DNA of 64,000 nt from Thermoanaerobaculia bacterium (lineage in GTDB: Bacteria > Acidobacteriota > Thermoanaerobaculia > UBA5066). The stretch lies in assembly GCA_963719225.1 (NCBI GenBank), contig CAVRAY010000001.1, positions 2,272,001 to 2,336,000 of the forward strand, in the 5' to 3' direction. The notes under the pieces were generated by a model. That model saw only the letters and a list, made by a program, of their open reading frames with translations. It was not told where the DNA came from and ran no database searches. Below, piece after piece: positions 18,737 through 29,582 of this stretch (the first letter of the stretch is position 1; every line of letters begins with the position of its first letter). The position numbers and the translations under genes were made by a program.

Positions 18737-21328
18737 TCAGCTCCCGATGCGGTGGATCCTCAGGATGGGGCCGTCGGGTGCGCCGGCATCCGTCAGGTCG
18801 ATGCTCGCGAAGATCGCCCAGGTGTGATCGCCCTTCGGGTCGAGGAGCGCGTGCGTGACCTCCCATTGCCTGGGCCCGATGGCTTTCAGGCGCGTCAGGT
18901 GGTGGAGACGCGCTTCGGCCCCCGAGAGAAGCTCGCCGTACTCGTCGAAGAAGGGCTTCGTCTCAGCCTCGAAGCGCTCCGCGTCCCAGGCGCCCTCGTC
19001 CGTGGCCGAGGGTCGAGTCGACTCGGGCTCCCGCCAGACGCGTTCCGCCGCCTCATCCCAGTCTTTCTTCGCGAGCGCCCGTACGAGAAGCTGCGCTTCC
19101 GCGCGGACGCGCGCCGCGAACACCCGCGGGTTCGACAGGAGCTCCGTGAGCCACGTTGCTTCCTTTTTCCTCGCCGGAGTCGGCACCACGTCCTTTTCCG
19201 CGAGGAGGAGCTCGGGATGTCGCATCCGCTCCCACTCTTCGAGAAGACTCGCGTCCGTCTCTCCGACGAGCGAGCGGAAGAAGCCGAGGACGTCCCAGAG
19301 CTCGTCGGTCTTCGCGGTCTCGGGCACCGTCTGGTCGAGCGTCCTGTAGAGCTGCGAGAGGTACCTGAGGAGGACACCTTCGCTACGCTCGATGCCGTAG
19401 CTCTTCACGTAGTCCGAAAAGCCGGCGAAAGTCTCGAACATCTCGCGTCCGATCGACTTGGGACTCACGTCCGAGCCGGCCGTCCAGGGGTGCGCGGCGC
19501 GGAACGCGTTGAAGGCGCCGTACAGGAAGTCCGCGAGCGGCTTGGGATGCGTCACCTCTTCGAGGCGCGCCATGCGCTCCTCGTAAGGGATGCCCTCTTC
19601 CTTCAGCTCCGCGACGAGCCTGCCCTTCGCCCGGTCCACCTGCCTGCGGAGAATCACGTCCGGGTCTTCCAGGATCGACTCGACGACGGTGAGGGCGTCG
19701 ACGGCGTATGTCGGGGACGCGGGATCGAGCTCTTCGAGCGCGGACAGGGCGAAAAGCGACAACGCCTGGTGGAGGGAGAAATCCCACTGCAGGTACTCGG
19801 CCACGACGACACGGTACGGGCGCCCCGGGGCGAGGCCGATGATCCCCGCCCGGTAGAGCGAGCGCACGAGGACGGCGGCCTGCTTGCGGAGCCGGCGCTT
19901 GGCGGCGTCCTCTTCGTGACAGCGCTCGATGAGGTCTCGCAAGGACGCGAAGTTGCGGGGCGCCGCCTCGCTCTCGTCCCGCTGGAGGAGAGACAGGACC
20001 ATCCCGTGCGTGAGCCGGAACCGCGACACCAGCGTTTCGGGCGGCCTCGAGATGAGCTTCCGGAACGTCTCGACCGTCCACGAGACGTCGCCCCTGGGCG
20101 GGCCCTTGAAAGTCCGCGACGTCTTCTTCCCCGAAGCCTCCGATCTCTTTTCCGCCTGCCGCTTCTCGACGATGTGCTCGGGCGCTTGCACGACGACGCT
20201 CCCCTTTTCGTCGAACCCGCGGCGGCCCGCGCGTCCCGAGATCTGCTTGAACTCGCGGATCGAGAGCAGCCCCACCTTCGTCCCGTCGAACTTCGCGAGC
20301 TTCGTGAAGAGGACCGTCCGGATCGGGATGTTCACGCCCACACCCAGCGTGTCGGTCCCGCAGATGACGTGGAGGAGCCCTCTCTGCGCGAGCTGCTCGA
20401 CGAGGAGGCGGTACTTCGGAAGGAGCCCGGCGTGATGGACTCCCACCCCGAACGAAAGGAACCTCCGGAACTCCTTGCCGTACGGCGTCGAGAGGCGGAT
20501 TCCGGCGACGACCTTCCGGATCTCCTCCCGCTCCTCGCGGGTCCCGATCTTCACGCTCGTGAGCGACTGCGCGAGCTCCGCGCACTCCCGCTGCGTGAAG
20601 TTCACGACGTAGACGGGGCTCTTCCTCGTGGCGAGGAGCTCTTCGATCGTCTCGTGGAGCGGCGTCTCGCGGTACTCGAAGTCGAGGGGGACCGGCCGCT
20701 CGTCGGACGACACGAGTGCCACTGCGCGTCCGGTGTCCTTCTCGAGCCGCGAGGCGATCGGGCTCGTGTCCCCGAGCGTCGCCGACATGAGGAGAAACTG
20801 GGTTTCCGGCAGGACGACGAGGGGGACCTGCCAGGCGACGCCGCGCTCCTTGTCGGCGTAATAGTGGAACTCGTCCATCACGACGTACGGAGCCTCGAGA
20901 GCCGGGCCGCGGCGGAGCGCCATGTTCGAGAGGACCTCCGCCGTGCAGCAGACGACGCTCGCCTCCCCGTTGATGCTCGCGTCACCCGTGAGCATGCCGA
21001 CGTTCTCGGGGCCGAGCTCGGCGCACAGCGAGAAGAACTTCTCGCTGGCGAGAGCCTTGATCGGGCTCGTGTAGAACGACACCTTGCCCTCGCAGATCGC
21101 CTTGAAGTGGAGGCCGAGAGCGACGAGCGACTTCCCCGAGCCCGTGGGCGTCCCGAGGATGACGTGCTTCCCGGCCATGACCTCGAGGAGCGCCTCCTCC
21201 TGCGCCGGGTAGAGGGTGAGACCGCTCGCCCAGACCCAGTCGAGGAAGAGGCTCAGGATCTCGTCGGGGTCGTTCGTCCCGCGGGGCGGGATCCGGTCCG
21301 CGAGGCGCGCACCGGGGCCAGGAGCCAC
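18737..21328 (-). CDS. Ski2/HelY-like DExH helicase with DUF3516-like C-terminus
   Basis: TPTGSGKS, PIKALASEK, DEFH, SAT, HHAGLLP, TDTLGVGVN, QISGRAGRRG. GTG 21328 overlaps the K1 TAG. Confidence 0.9.
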   Translation of the reverse strand: MAPGPGARLADRIPPRGTNDPDEILSLFLDWVWASGLTLYPAQEEALLEVMAGKHVILGTPTGSGKSLVALGLHFKAICEGKVSFYTSPIKALASEKFFSLCAELGPENVGMLTGDASINGEASVVCCTAEVLSNMALRRGPALEAPYVVMDEFHYYADKERGVAWQVPLVVLPETQFLLMSATLGDTSPIASRLEKDTGRAVALVSSDERPVPLDFEYRETPLHETIEELLATRKSPVYVVNFTQRECAELAQSLTSVKIGTREEREEIRKVVAGIRLSTPYGKEFRRFLSFGVGVHHAGLLPKYRLLVEQLAQRGLLHVICGTDTLGVGVNIPIRTVLFTKLAKFDGTKVGLLSIREFKQISGRAGRRGFDEKGSVVVQAPEHIVEKRQAEKRSEASGKKTSRTFKGPPRGDVSWTVETFRKLISRPPETLVSRFRLTHGMVLSLLQRDESEAAPRNFASLRDLIERCHEEDAAKRRLRKQAAVLVRSLYRAGIIGLAPGRPYRVVVAEYLQWDFSLHQALSLFALSALEELDPASPTYAVDALTVVESILEDPDVILRRQVDRAKGRLVAELKEEGIPYEERMARLEEVTHPKPLADFLYGAFNAFRAAHPWTAGSDVSPKSIGREMFETFAGFSDYVKSYGIERSEGVLLRYLSQLYRTLDQTVPETAKTDELWDVLGFFRSLVGETDASLLEEWERMRHPELLLAEKDVVPTPARKKEATWLTELLSNPRVFAARVRAEAQLLVRALAKKDWDEAAERVWREPESTRPSATDEGAWDAERFEAETKPFFDEYGELLSGAEARLHHLTRLKAIGPRQWEVTHALLDPKGDHTWAIFASIDLTDAGAPDGPILRIHRIGS

Positions 21329-24159
21329 TACCGCGATCCCGACGGCGCGAGGCGCTTGAGCTCCTGCGCAAAGTCCGAAACGAGGGTCACGTGGTTGGTC
21401 TCGAGCGTGCTCGCGGTCCCCTCCCGCGTCAGGACGAGAAACTTCTGGCCGTCCGGCGAGACGTCCCATCCGGCCGCGATCCGGCTGCCCATGTCGTACG
21501 ACTCGAGCCGGAAGAGCGTCTCCTCCTTCCCGAAGACCGGCGCGCCTCCCTCCGCCGAGACGCGGGTCGCCGCGACCGATCCGTCGCGGCGCAGGAAAAG
21601 CAGGGTCCCGTCGCGGCTCCAGCGCGGGTTCGAGCCCATCTGCTCCGAGACCTGCCATTTCGCGTCGCCGCCCGCGGCGCTCCGGACGAACACGTACCCG
21701 AGGCCTCCGTCGGTGGAGTCGTAGGCGAGCCAGCGACCATCCGGCGAGAAGACCGCGCCGCCCTCGTTCAAGGGACCGGCCACGACGATCGATGGCTCTC
21801 CGTCGGCTTCGCCATTCTTCAGCCGGATCACGCCGACGTCGAGCTGGGTCGCGGGCGTCGTCACCTGGTAGGCGAGCACCCGCCCGTCCGGCGAGAAGCT
21901 CGTCACTCCCAGGGTCCCCGCCGTCTTGAAGAGCAGACGCGGCGACCCCGAGCCGTCGGCCCGCTTCAGATACACGCCGCGGACCGTCGCGGGAGTGCCG
22001 CCCGGGCTCGTGACGAGCCCGAGCGATCGGTCGGACGTGAAGGCGACCTCGCGCCCGTCGGCGCTCCACACGGCCGTCTGACTGTCGCCTTCGAACGTGA
22101 GCTTCGAGAAGGCGTCGCGGGCGACGTCGTAGACCCAGACGTCGCTCTGCGTCCCGCCGCTGATCACGACGGCGGCGCGATTCCCGTCGGGCGCAAAACG
22201 CACGAACGCATAGCCGCGGGCCACGCCTGCCTTCTTCAGGACCGTCCCCTTCCGGTCGACGAGAGCGAGCTTGAAGACGGTTTCGTTCTCTCCCATGCGA
22301 TACGCGCAGGACCCCGAAGCCGACACGTCGATCTGGGCGCTGCCGTCGGAGGGCGCCTCGCCTCCGGTGGACGACATGATCTTCTCGAGGACCGGCACGG
22401 GACGCCCCGAGAGGACGAGCCGGCCCGCGTCGAAGGAGGCGGCGTAGATCGTGCCCTTCCGCGCGAAGAGGACGTGTCCGGACGGCGCCCAGCGCGGATA
22501 CGCTCCTCCCTTGTGGACGAGGGTCCTCTTCCCCGTCGCGAGCTCGACCGCCTCGACGTTCCCCTCGTCGTAGTCGGTGCCCGAGAACTGCGTCGAGAAG
22601 AGGACGGCCTTGCCGCCCGGAAGGGCCGCCGGCCAGCGGTGCGACCGCTCCCGCGCGGCGACGTCCGCCTTCGTCAGGGGCCTGGGCTCGCCGCCGTACG
22701 CCGAGACCTGCGAGAGGCCGCCCGTCGTCTGCGGCGCGAACACGATCGTGTCGTCCGACACCCACGCGCCGCCACGCGGGATGGACACGTCGCAGATCGT
22801 GGCCGGGGCGCCGCCCGAGACCGGCGCCTTGCGCAGCTTGCCGCGGGCGAAAAACCCGATCCACTTCCCGTCGGGCGAGAAGAAAGGGCTCAACGCGCCC
22901 TCCGACTCCGGGACCTCGACGGGAACCAGACGGTCGAGCCGCCTCAGGAAGAGGCGAGCCCGGGAGCCGCGCGTCACGTACGCGAGCAGGGTCCCGTCCG
23001 GCGAGACGACGACGGCGGCGCCCCCGCCGTCCATCAGCTCGTCGGACGAGAGGAGGATCTGGCCGCGTATGGACGGAACGGTTTGCCGGGCGCGAGCGCG
23101 CAGCGCGAGCGCCCCCGCCGCGGCCGCGAACGCGGCCGCAATCACCCAGGGGAGAAAGAGGGAGAGAGAGTTTTTGCTCCCTCTCGCCACTCTCGTCGCA
23201 TCGCGACGACCTACAGTGGGGCTGGGCACTGCGGTCTTTTCTTCGAAGGGTAATTGGCCGGAGGAGCTGGCCGTCGCGGCGAGCTCTTCGAGGTCCAGCC
23301 GCGCGTCTGCGATGTCGTGGAGGCGTTGCTTCGCCTCCCGCCTCAGACACTTTCCAAGCAACTCTCTTATCTTCCGGGGAGTCTTCTCCGGCAGCGCCGT
23401 CCAGTCCGGGTCTTTCGAGAGGATCGAGACGAGCGTGTCGCTGACGGTCTCCCCTTCGAAAGCGCGCTTGCCCGTCAGCATCTCGTAGAGCACGCACCCA
23501 AACGCCCAGACGTCCGTCCTTTTGTCGACCGGTTTCCCCCGCGCCTGCTCGGGCGACATGTACGCTGCCGTGCCCAGAATCATCCCGGCCGCTGTGGCGC
23601 GCGCCGTCAGCGTCGGCGAGTGGGTCACGGAAGGCGCCGAGGCCGCGCCTCCGTCCCCCTCGAAGATCTTCGCGAGGCCGAAGTCGAGAAGCTTCACGCG
23701 CCCGTCGGGCGTCACCTTTACGTTCGCGGGCTTGAGGTCGCGGTGGACGATCCCCTTCTCGTGCGCAGCCTCGAGCGCCTCGGCGATCTGTTTCGCGAAA
23801 GAAAGGGATTCTTCGAGTGGAAGAGGGCCGGACGAGAGGCGCTTCGCGAGGTCCTCCCCCTCGACGAGCTCCATGACGAGGAGGTGGCGCGTCGACGAGG
23901 AAGAAGACGAAGCGGGGATTTCTTCGAATGAATAGATGCCGGCGATGTTGGGATGGTTGAGCGCCGCGAGGAGTCGCGCTTCCCTCTCGAAGCGCTGTCT
24001 CCTCTCTTCACCTTCGAAGAATTCTTCCGGCAGGACCTTTAGGGCGACCTCTCGCGCGAGGCGAGCGTCCCGCGCCCGGTAGACCTCCCCCATTCCTCCC
24101 GCGCCGATCGCGCCGAGAATTTCGTAAGAACCGAGCTTCGCGCCTGTCTCGAGACTCAT
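21328..24159 (-). CDS. K1: Ser/Thr kinase-TM-TolB/PD40-like beta-propeller receptor
   Basis: [27 protein letters not shown] helix, multiple SPDG repeats. Confidence 0.95.
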   Translation of the reverse strand: MSLETGAKLGSYEILGAIGAGGMGEVYRARDARLAREVALKVLPEEFFEGEERRQRFEREARLLAALNHPNIAGIYSFEEIPASSSSSSTRHLLVMELVEGEDLAKRLSSGPLPLEESLSFAKQIAEALEAAHEKGIVHRDLKPANVKVTPDGRVKLLDFGLAKIFEGDGGAASAPSVTHSPTLTARATAAGMILGTAAYMSPEQARGKPVDKRTDVWAFGCVLYEMLTGKRAFEGETVSDTLVSILSKDPDWTALPEKTPRKIRELLGKCLRREAKQRLHDIADARLDLEELAATASSSGQLPFEEKTAVPSPTVGRRDATRVARGSKNSLSLFLPWVIAAAFAAAAGALALRARARQTVPSIRGQILLSSDELMDGGGAAVVVSPDGTLLAYVTRGSRARLFLRRLDRLVPVEVPESEGALSPFFSPDGKWIGFFARGKLRKAPVSGGAPATICDVSIPRGGAWVSDDTIVFAPQTTGGLSQVSAYGGEPRPLTKADVAARERSHRWPAALPGGKAVLFSTQFSGTDYDEGNVEAVELATGKRTLVHKGGAYPRWAPSGHVLFARKGTIYAASFDAGRLVLSGRPVPVLEKIMSSTGGEAPSDGSAQIDVSASGSCAYRMGENETVFKLALVDRKGTVLKKAGVARGYAFVRFAPDGNRAAVVISGGTQSDVWVYDVARDAFSKLTFEGDSQTAVWSADGREVAFTSDRSLGLVTSPGGTPATVRGVYLKRADGSGSPRLLFKTAGTLGVTSFSPDGRVLAYQVTTPATQLDVGVIRLKNGEADGEPSIVVAGPLNEGGAVFSPDGRWLAYDSTDGGLGYVFVRSAAGGDAKWQVSEQMGSNPRWSRDGTLLFLRRDGSVAATRVSAEGGAPVFGKEETLFRLESYDMGSRIAAGWDVSPDGQKFLVLTREGTASTLETNHVTLVSDFAQELKRLAPSGSR
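23090..23254. repeat. 165-bp juxtamembrane+TM cassette (other copies at 25845-26009, 42350-42514, 46824-46988)
   Basis: All four copies run GCGCGAGCGCGCAGCGCGAG...CTTCGAAGGGTAAT and have identical length. Confidence 0.85.
23917..24026. repeat. Intragenic box I/box II inverted motif pair, copy in K1
   Basis: GATTTCTTCGAATG at 23917 and CTCTTCACCTTCGAAGAATTCTT at 24004. Confidence 0.85.
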
Positions 24160-24169
24160 GGGCCTCGTT

Positions 24170-26923
24170 CTATCTTCCGATCGCAGGCCAGTTGAGAACG
24201 ACGACGGCGGGCTGATCCTGCCGGTCGTCGGCGGACGCGACGACGAGAAAGCGACTTCCGTCCGGGGCGGGCAGGTACTGGGAACGGCTGTCGGAGATCC
24301 CGTTCTGGGGCACGCGCACCGGGAAGAGAACCTTCGGGACGCCGACCTCGACGTCCCTCTTCAGGGACAGCTCGACTGCCATGAGCTTGCGGTCGCTCGA
24401 TAGGAAATAGAGCTCCCGCCCGTCTGCGCGCCAGAGCGGCTGGTCCCCGCCGTCCTTCGAGATCTGCCATTTCCCCCCCGACGGAGGGAACCTCTGAACG
24501 TACACCTCGGCGCGGCCCGTCTCGTCGGACACATACGCGAAGAACGCGCCGTCGGGCGACGGAGAGGCGTGAGCCGTGAATGCCTGCGGCGTACCGAGGA
24601 GGTGGACCGGCTTGCGCTCTCCGCGGAGCGGCAGCCTCCAGAGGTCGGAGCGGCCGCTTTCGTTCGGGCTTTCGTAAACGAGCCAGGCCCCGTCCGGCGA
24701 GATGAAGTCGCCGTAGTTGTCGAGCGAAGTGCCAAGGACCGGTTCGTCTCCGCCCGAGCCGTCCAGGGGGCGCCTGAAGAGGCCCATGCGCCCCTGACGG
24801 TTCGAGGAGAAATAGAGGAACTTGCCGTCCGGTGACGCCATCCCCGTGTTGTTGGCCTTGGGCCCGAACGTGAGCCGGGTCCACGTGCCGCGCACGAGGT
24901 CGATCTGCCAGAGGTCCGGAAGATCGGTGCGCTTGTCCGTCACGGCGATCCCGAGGCGCTGCGCGCCGAGGAACCAGAACGGTTCGAACATGACGGCGGG
25001 GTCCCCGACCGTCCCGAGGGACTTGCCCGCGCGATCGAACCACGTGAGTCTCTGCCGGGAGCTCGCCCGGCGCCTGTAGACGAGCGTGCCGTCTCCGCCG
25101 GCCGCGAAGGGCGCAAGACCCGTCCAGCCGCTTTCACCCTCGGCGACGATTCCGTCCACGACGAGCCCGGGCTCCCCGGACAGCCGGCGTCGGCCGGCGT
25201 CGAACACCTGCGCATAGAGCGAGCTCTCGCGTACGTAGAGGAGGCGGCCCGCGTCGTAGGCGGCCCATCCTCGCGTCGACACGACGAACGCGTCGTCGGT
25301 CGAGTCGAGGGAGGCGACGCGGATGCCGGTCCGAGCCGAGTCGTCGCTCAGGCAGAGGTAGAGGAAGTGGGATCCGTCCGGCAGCACCCTCGGCCAGCGG
25401 TGGGTGTAGTCCTTCGGGCCGAACGTCGTCGCCGGAACGGGGACTCCGCCCATCGCGCTGACCCGGTGGAGCGCGGTGCGGATCCCGGTGGAGAAGACGA
25501 TGACGCCTCGAGGGAGCCACGTTCCGCCGCGCCCATCCGTGACCGGGCAGATCGTCTGGGTCGGTCCCCCAGCCGCGCTCACGCGCGCGAGACGGTCGCC
25601 CGTGAAGAAGGCAATCGCGGTTCCGTCCGGGGACCAGAACGGGAACCGCGCGCCCTCGGTCTCGGCGAGAACCTGGGCGCCGATGGAGTCGAACGAGCGG
25701 ACGTAGAGCCGCTCGACGTCTTTCTCGTCCGACGCGACGAAAACGAGCCGGCGCCCGTCCGGCGAGACCGCCATCGAGTTGCCGAAGGACGTTCCCTCGG
25801 GAACCCGGACCTCGAACTGGACGGCTGGCGCGTCCCGCCGCGGGGCGCGAGCGCGCAGCGCGAGCGCCCCCGCCGCGGCCGCGCACGCTGCCGCAATCGC
25901 CCAGGGGAGAAAGAGGGAGAGAGAGTTCTTGCTCCCTCTCTCTCGACTCGCAGAAGCGCTTCGACCTACAGTGGGGCTCGGCGCCGCGGTCTTTTCTTCG
26001 AAGGGTAATAAGGGAGACGAGCTCCCGGCGCCGGCTGCGCCCAATTCCTCGAGGTCGAGGCGTGCGTCGGCGATGTCGTGCAGTCTCAGCCGTGCATCGC
26101 GCTGCAAGCACCTTCCAAGGATCTTTCTTATCGCCGCCGGCGTCTGCGCCGGCAGCGCCGCATAGTCGGGCTCTTTCGTGAGGATCGCCGCGAGCACGTC
26201 CGTCACAGTCTCCCCCTCGAAGGCGCGCTTGCCCGTCAGCATCTCGTAGAGCACGCAACCGAAGGCCCAGATGTCCGTCCGCTTGTCGAGCGCCTTACCC
26301 CGCGCCTGCTCGGGCGACATGTACGCGGCCGTCCCGAGGATCACGCCCGCCGCCGTGGCACGCGCCGTCATTGTCGGCGAGTGCGTGATGGACGGTGCGG
26401 AGCCAGGGACGGAATCCCCCTCGAGGATCTTCGCGAGGCCGAAGTCGAGGAGCTTGACCCGCCCGTCGGGCGTCAGCTTGACGTTCGCCGGCTTGAGGTC
26501 GCGGTGGACGATCCCCTTCTCGTGCGCCGTCTCCAGCGCCTCGGCGATCTGCTTCGCGTAGGAAAGAGACTCTTCGAGTGGAAGAGGGCCGGAGGAAATC
26601 CTCTGTGCGAGGTCCTCTCCCTCGACGAGCTCCATGACGAGGAGGTGACGAGTCGCAGGAGAAGAAGAAGACGAAGAGGGGATTTCTTCGAATGAGTAGA
26701 TCGCGGCAATTCCAGGATGGTTCAGCGCCGCGAGGAGCCGCGCTTCCCTCTCGAAACGCTGCCTCCTCTCTTCACCTTCAAAGAATTCTTCCGGCAGGAC
26801 CTTGATGGCGACCTCTCTCGCGAGGCGAGGGTCCCGCGCCCGGTACACCTCTCCCATCCCGCCCGCGCCGAGGGGCGAGAGCATCTCGTAGGGGCCGAGC
26901 TTCGTGCCGGGAGCGACCGTCAC
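24170..26923 (-). CDS. K2: Ser/Thr kinase-TM-beta-propeller receptor
   Basis: Same kinase motifs, TM and WSPDG/SPDG repeats. 917 aa. Confidence 0.95.
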   Translation of the reverse strand: MTVAPGTKLGPYEMLSPLGAGGMGEVYRARDPRLAREVAIKVLPEEFFEGEERRQRFEREARLLAALNHPGIAAIYSFEEIPSSSSSSPATRHLLVMELVEGEDLAQRISSGPLPLEESLSYAKQIAEALETAHEKGIVHRDLKPANVKLTPDGRVKLLDFGLAKILEGDSVPGSAPSITHSPTMTARATAAGVILGTAAYMSPEQARGKALDKRTDIWAFGCVLYEMLTGKRAFEGETVTDVLAAILTKEPDYAALPAQTPAAIRKILGRCLQRDARLRLHDIADARLDLEELGAAGAGSSSPLLPFEEKTAAPSPTVGRSASASRERGSKNSLSLFLPWAIAAACAAAAGALALRARAPRRDAPAVQFEVRVPEGTSFGNSMAVSPDGRRLVFVASDEKDVERLYVRSFDSIGAQVLAETEGARFPFWSPDGTAIAFFTGDRLARVSAAGGPTQTICPVTDGRGGTWLPRGVIVFSTGIRTALHRVSAMGGVPVPATTFGPKDYTHRWPRVLPDGSHFLYLCLSDDSARTGIRVASLDSTDDAFVVSTRGWAAYDAGRLLYVRESSLYAQVFDAGRRRLSGEPGLVVDGIVAEGESGWTGLAPFAAGGDGTLVYRRRASSRQRLTWFDRAGKSLGTVGDPAVMFEPFWFLGAQRLGIAVTDKRTDLPDLWQIDLVRGTWTRLTFGPKANNTGMASPDGKFLYFSSNRQGRMGLFRRPLDGSGGDEPVLGTSLDNYGDFISPDGAWLVYESPNESGRSDLWRLPLRGERKPVHLLGTPQAFTAHASPSPDGAFFAYVSDETGRAEVYVQRFPPSGGKWQISKDGGDQPLWRADGRELYFLSSDRKLMAVELSLKRDVEVGVPKVLFPVRVPQNGISDSRSQYLPAPDGSRFLVVASADDRQDQPAVVVLNWPAIGR
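26681..26790. repeat. Box I/box II pair, copy in K2
   Basis: GATTTCTTCGAATG at 26681 and CTCTTCACCTTCAAAGAATTCTT at 26768. Confidence 0.85.
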
Positions 26924-26924
26924 G

Positions 26925-29582
26925 TCACCGTCCCAGGTCCGCGTACCAATTCAGGACGACCGTCGTCGGCGTCATCGCGTCGCGCCCCAGCGGGGCCACC
27001 GTGAGGAAACGCTTCCCGTCGGCGGTCACGAGAAAGCGGTTGCGAGCGACTCCCGAGTCGAAACGACCCTGGAAGAGCGCGTGCGGGGTTCCGGCCGTGA
27101 TGCCGCTTCCGGTCTGAATGTCGACCGCCATGAGTTTCTGATCGAGCGTTCGGTAGTACAGCTCCTTGCCGTCGACGCGCCACTGCGGCTCTCGGCCGCC
27201 CGCGGTGGAGATCTGCCACTTGCCTCCGGGGCCGGGGAAGCTCTGGACGTAGACCTCCACGCGTCCCGACTCGTTCGACTGATACGCCAGAAAACGGCCG
27301 TCCGGCGAGAACACGGCCATCAGCTCGGCAAACGGGGTCTTCAGGAACGGGACGGGCTTGCGCTCGCCGGACATGGGCATGACCCAGATGTCCCAGTTCG
27401 TGTCCTTGCCGAGACTCGAGAAGGCGAGCATTTTCCCGTCGCGACTCCAGTCGCATGCGAACTTCGTCTCGTCCGACTTGAAGATCAGCTTCTCCTCTCC
27501 CTGGCCCTCGACGGCCTTCTCGAAGAGGTCGTCGCCCACGGCGAACACCATGCGGCGGCCGTCGGGAGACCACAGGGGAACGGTCGCAGCGCCGGCGCCG
27601 AACGTGAAGCGGGAGCTGACGCCGCGCTTCAGGTCCCGGACCCAGACGTCGGTCTTGCCGCTCCGCGGATCCGCGAGATCGAACGCGAGGCGATCGTAGC
27701 CCGGGGCGAACGCCGGATTGCGGTAGTCGCCCGGGTCGCCGACCGCTTCGCCCTCCTTGCCCGAGCGGTCCACCCAGACGAGCCTGTCCCCGCGCTCACC
27801 CGTGCGATACGCGAGGGCCCCGTCGCGCGAGACCGAGAAGAGAGCGAGGCCGACGCTGTCCGTGCCGATGTGCTCGGCAAGCGGAATCGGCTCGCCCGTC
27901 GTCTTCATGGCTTTCGCGTCAAACGGCTGGGCGACGAGCGTCCGGTCGCGCACGAAGAGGAGATAGCCGGGCGGCGCATACGTGACGAGCGTCTGTGCGG
28001 GCGCGAGGAGCTTCGTCTCCGCCGAGTCGAGCGTCCCGATCCGGTAAGCGCTGTCCTCCGCCTTCTGCCCGATCGCCATGTAGAGGAAGTGCCGGCCGTC
28101 CGGAAGGAACTCAGGCCAGCCGACCTGCCCCTCCTTGCGCGAAGCGTCAGGCTTTGCGGCGACGACGAGTGTTCCCCCCGCGGCCGAGACGCGGTTGATC
28201 GGCTGCGTGCCCGTGCCGTCGAAGAGAATGACACCCTCGGAGCTCCAGGATCCGTCGGCGCCTCCCGGCGCGTCGCAGATCTTCTGCGGCGGGCCGCCCG
28301 AGACCTCGACCTTCTTGAGCTTGCCCTCCGCGAAGAACCCGAGGAACCGGCTGTCGGGCGACCAGAAAGGCCGCGTCGTGTCCTCCGTGCCGGGGAGAGG
28401 TTGCGCGGCGAGAGCGTTGAGCGGCCGGATCCAGATGCGGCTCTTGCCGGACGCGTCGGTCGCGTTGAACGCGAGGTACCGCCCGTCCGGAGAGAGACGG
28501 GGCGCGTCGATCGTCGTGAGCCCCTCCGGGTTCGCGATCTCGAACCGGACCAGCTTCGGGCGGGCGGGGGCGCGCCGGACGAAGCCCACGGCCAGGGCCG
28601 CCGCCGCGAGGGCGGCAGCCGCCGCGAGAGCCCACGCGAGCCGTTCGCGGCTCTTCCTTCTGTGGGCGACGGGGGCCGGCAGCCCGACCTGCGATCCTCC
28701 CTCCGCGATCCACTGGAGCTGCAGCTTGATGTCGTGAGCCGTCTGGAAGCGGTCCTCGGGATCCTTCGCGAGACAGGTCTTCACGACACGGTCCAGCGCC
28801 GGGGGCGTCATCGGGGCGATCGTCGAGACAGGAGCGGGCTCGTCCTTGAGGATTGCCGAGATCAGGGCGGCGTGACTCTTTCCCTCGAAGGCCTTCCGGC
28901 CCGTCGCCATCTCGTAGATCACGGCGCCGAACGAGAAGATGTCGCTTCGCGCGTCGGATTCCTTGCCCTCGAGCTGCTCCGGCGCCATGTACTGGAACGT
29001 CCCGAGGATCGTGCCCTGCTGCGTGATCGAGCGCGGCATCTCGGTTGGCAGCGACGTGGCCGAGGACGAAGACTTCACGGGCGCCGCCGCCGTCTTCGCG
29101 AGGCCGAAGTCGAGAAGCTTCACCCCGGACTTCGTCAGCATGATGTTCCCCGGCTTCAAGTCGCGGTGGATGATGCCGGCGTGGTGAGCCGCGTCGAGCG
29201 CGCCCGCGATCTCGACCGAGATCTTCAGGAGCTGCTCGGGCTCGAGCGGGCCGCGCAGGAGCCGCTCGGCGATCGTCTCACCCGCGAGGAGCTCCATGAC
29301 GAGTAGATGGCGGGAGGACGAAGAAGGAGAGGAAGAGGGGATTTCTTCGAATGAATAGAGGGTGGCGATCCCGGGATGGTTCAGGCTCGCGAGCAGCCTG
29401 GCTTCCCGCTCGAAGCGGGCCTTGTTCTCTTCACCTTCTAAGAAATCTTGCGGCAGTACCTTCACCGCAACGTCGCGTCCGAGGCGGGAGTCCCTGGCCT
29501 TATAAACCTCTCCCATCCCTCCGGCGCCGAGCGACGAGAGGATTTCGTAAGACCCGAGCCTGTTGCCGGGAGAAAGTGTCAT
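26925..29582 (-). CDS. K3: Ser/Thr kinase-TM-beta-propeller receptor (885 aa)
   Basis: Likely start [10 protein letters not shown] at 29582 (ATGA overlap). [21 protein letters not shown]. Confidence 0.95.
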   Translation of the reverse strand: MTLSPGNRLGSYEILSSLGAGGMGEVYKARDSRLGRDVAVKVLPQDFLEGEENKARFEREARLLASLNHPGIATLYSFEEIPSSSPSSSSRHLLVMELLAGETIAERLLRGPLEPEQLLKISVEIAGALDAAHHAGIIHRDLKPGNIMLTKSGVKLLDFGLAKTAAAPVKSSSSATSLPTEMPRSITQQGTILGTFQYMAPEQLEGKESDARSDIFSFGAVIYEMATGRKAFEGKSHAALISAILKDEPAPVSTIAPMTPPALDRVVKTCLAKDPEDRFQTAHDIKLQLQWIAEGGSQVGLPAPVAHRRKSRERLAWALAAAAALAAAALAVGFVRRAPARPKLVRFEIANPEGLTTIDAPRLSPDGRYLAFNATDASGKSRIWIRPLNALAAQPLPGTEDTTRPFWSPDSRFLGFFAEGKLKKVEVSGGPPQKICDAPGGADGSWSSEGVILFDGTGTQPINRVSAAGGTLVVAAKPDASRKEGQVGWPEFLPDGRHFLYMAIGQKAEDSAYRIGTLDSAETKLLAPAQTLVTYAPPGYLLFVRDRTLVAQPFDAKAMKTTGEPIPLAEHIGTDSVGLALFSVSRDGALAYRTGERGDRLVWVDRSGKEGEAVGDPGDYRNPAFAPGYDRLAFDLADPRSGKTDVWVRDLKRGVSSRFTFGAGAATVPLWSPDGRRMVFAVGDDLFEKAVEGQGEEKLIFKSDETKFACDWSRDGKMLAFSSLGKDTNWDIWVMPMSGERKPVPFLKTPFAELMAVFSPDGRFLAYQSNESGRVEVYVQSFPGPGGKWQISTAGGREPQWRVDGKELYYRTLDQKLMAVDIQTGSGITAGTPHALFQGRFDSGVARNRFLVTADGKRFLTVAPLGRDAMTPTTVVLNWYADLGR
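29340..29449. repeat. Box I/box II pair, copy in K3
   Basis: GATTTCTTCGAATG at 29340 and CTCTTCACCTTCTAAGAAATCTT at 29427. Confidence 0.85.

Noticed and set aside
24004-24026. Resemblance of the boxes to eukaryotic HSE/STAT (TTC-N3-GAA) sites
   Set aside because: Bacterial context, and short-motif similarity alone is uninformative.
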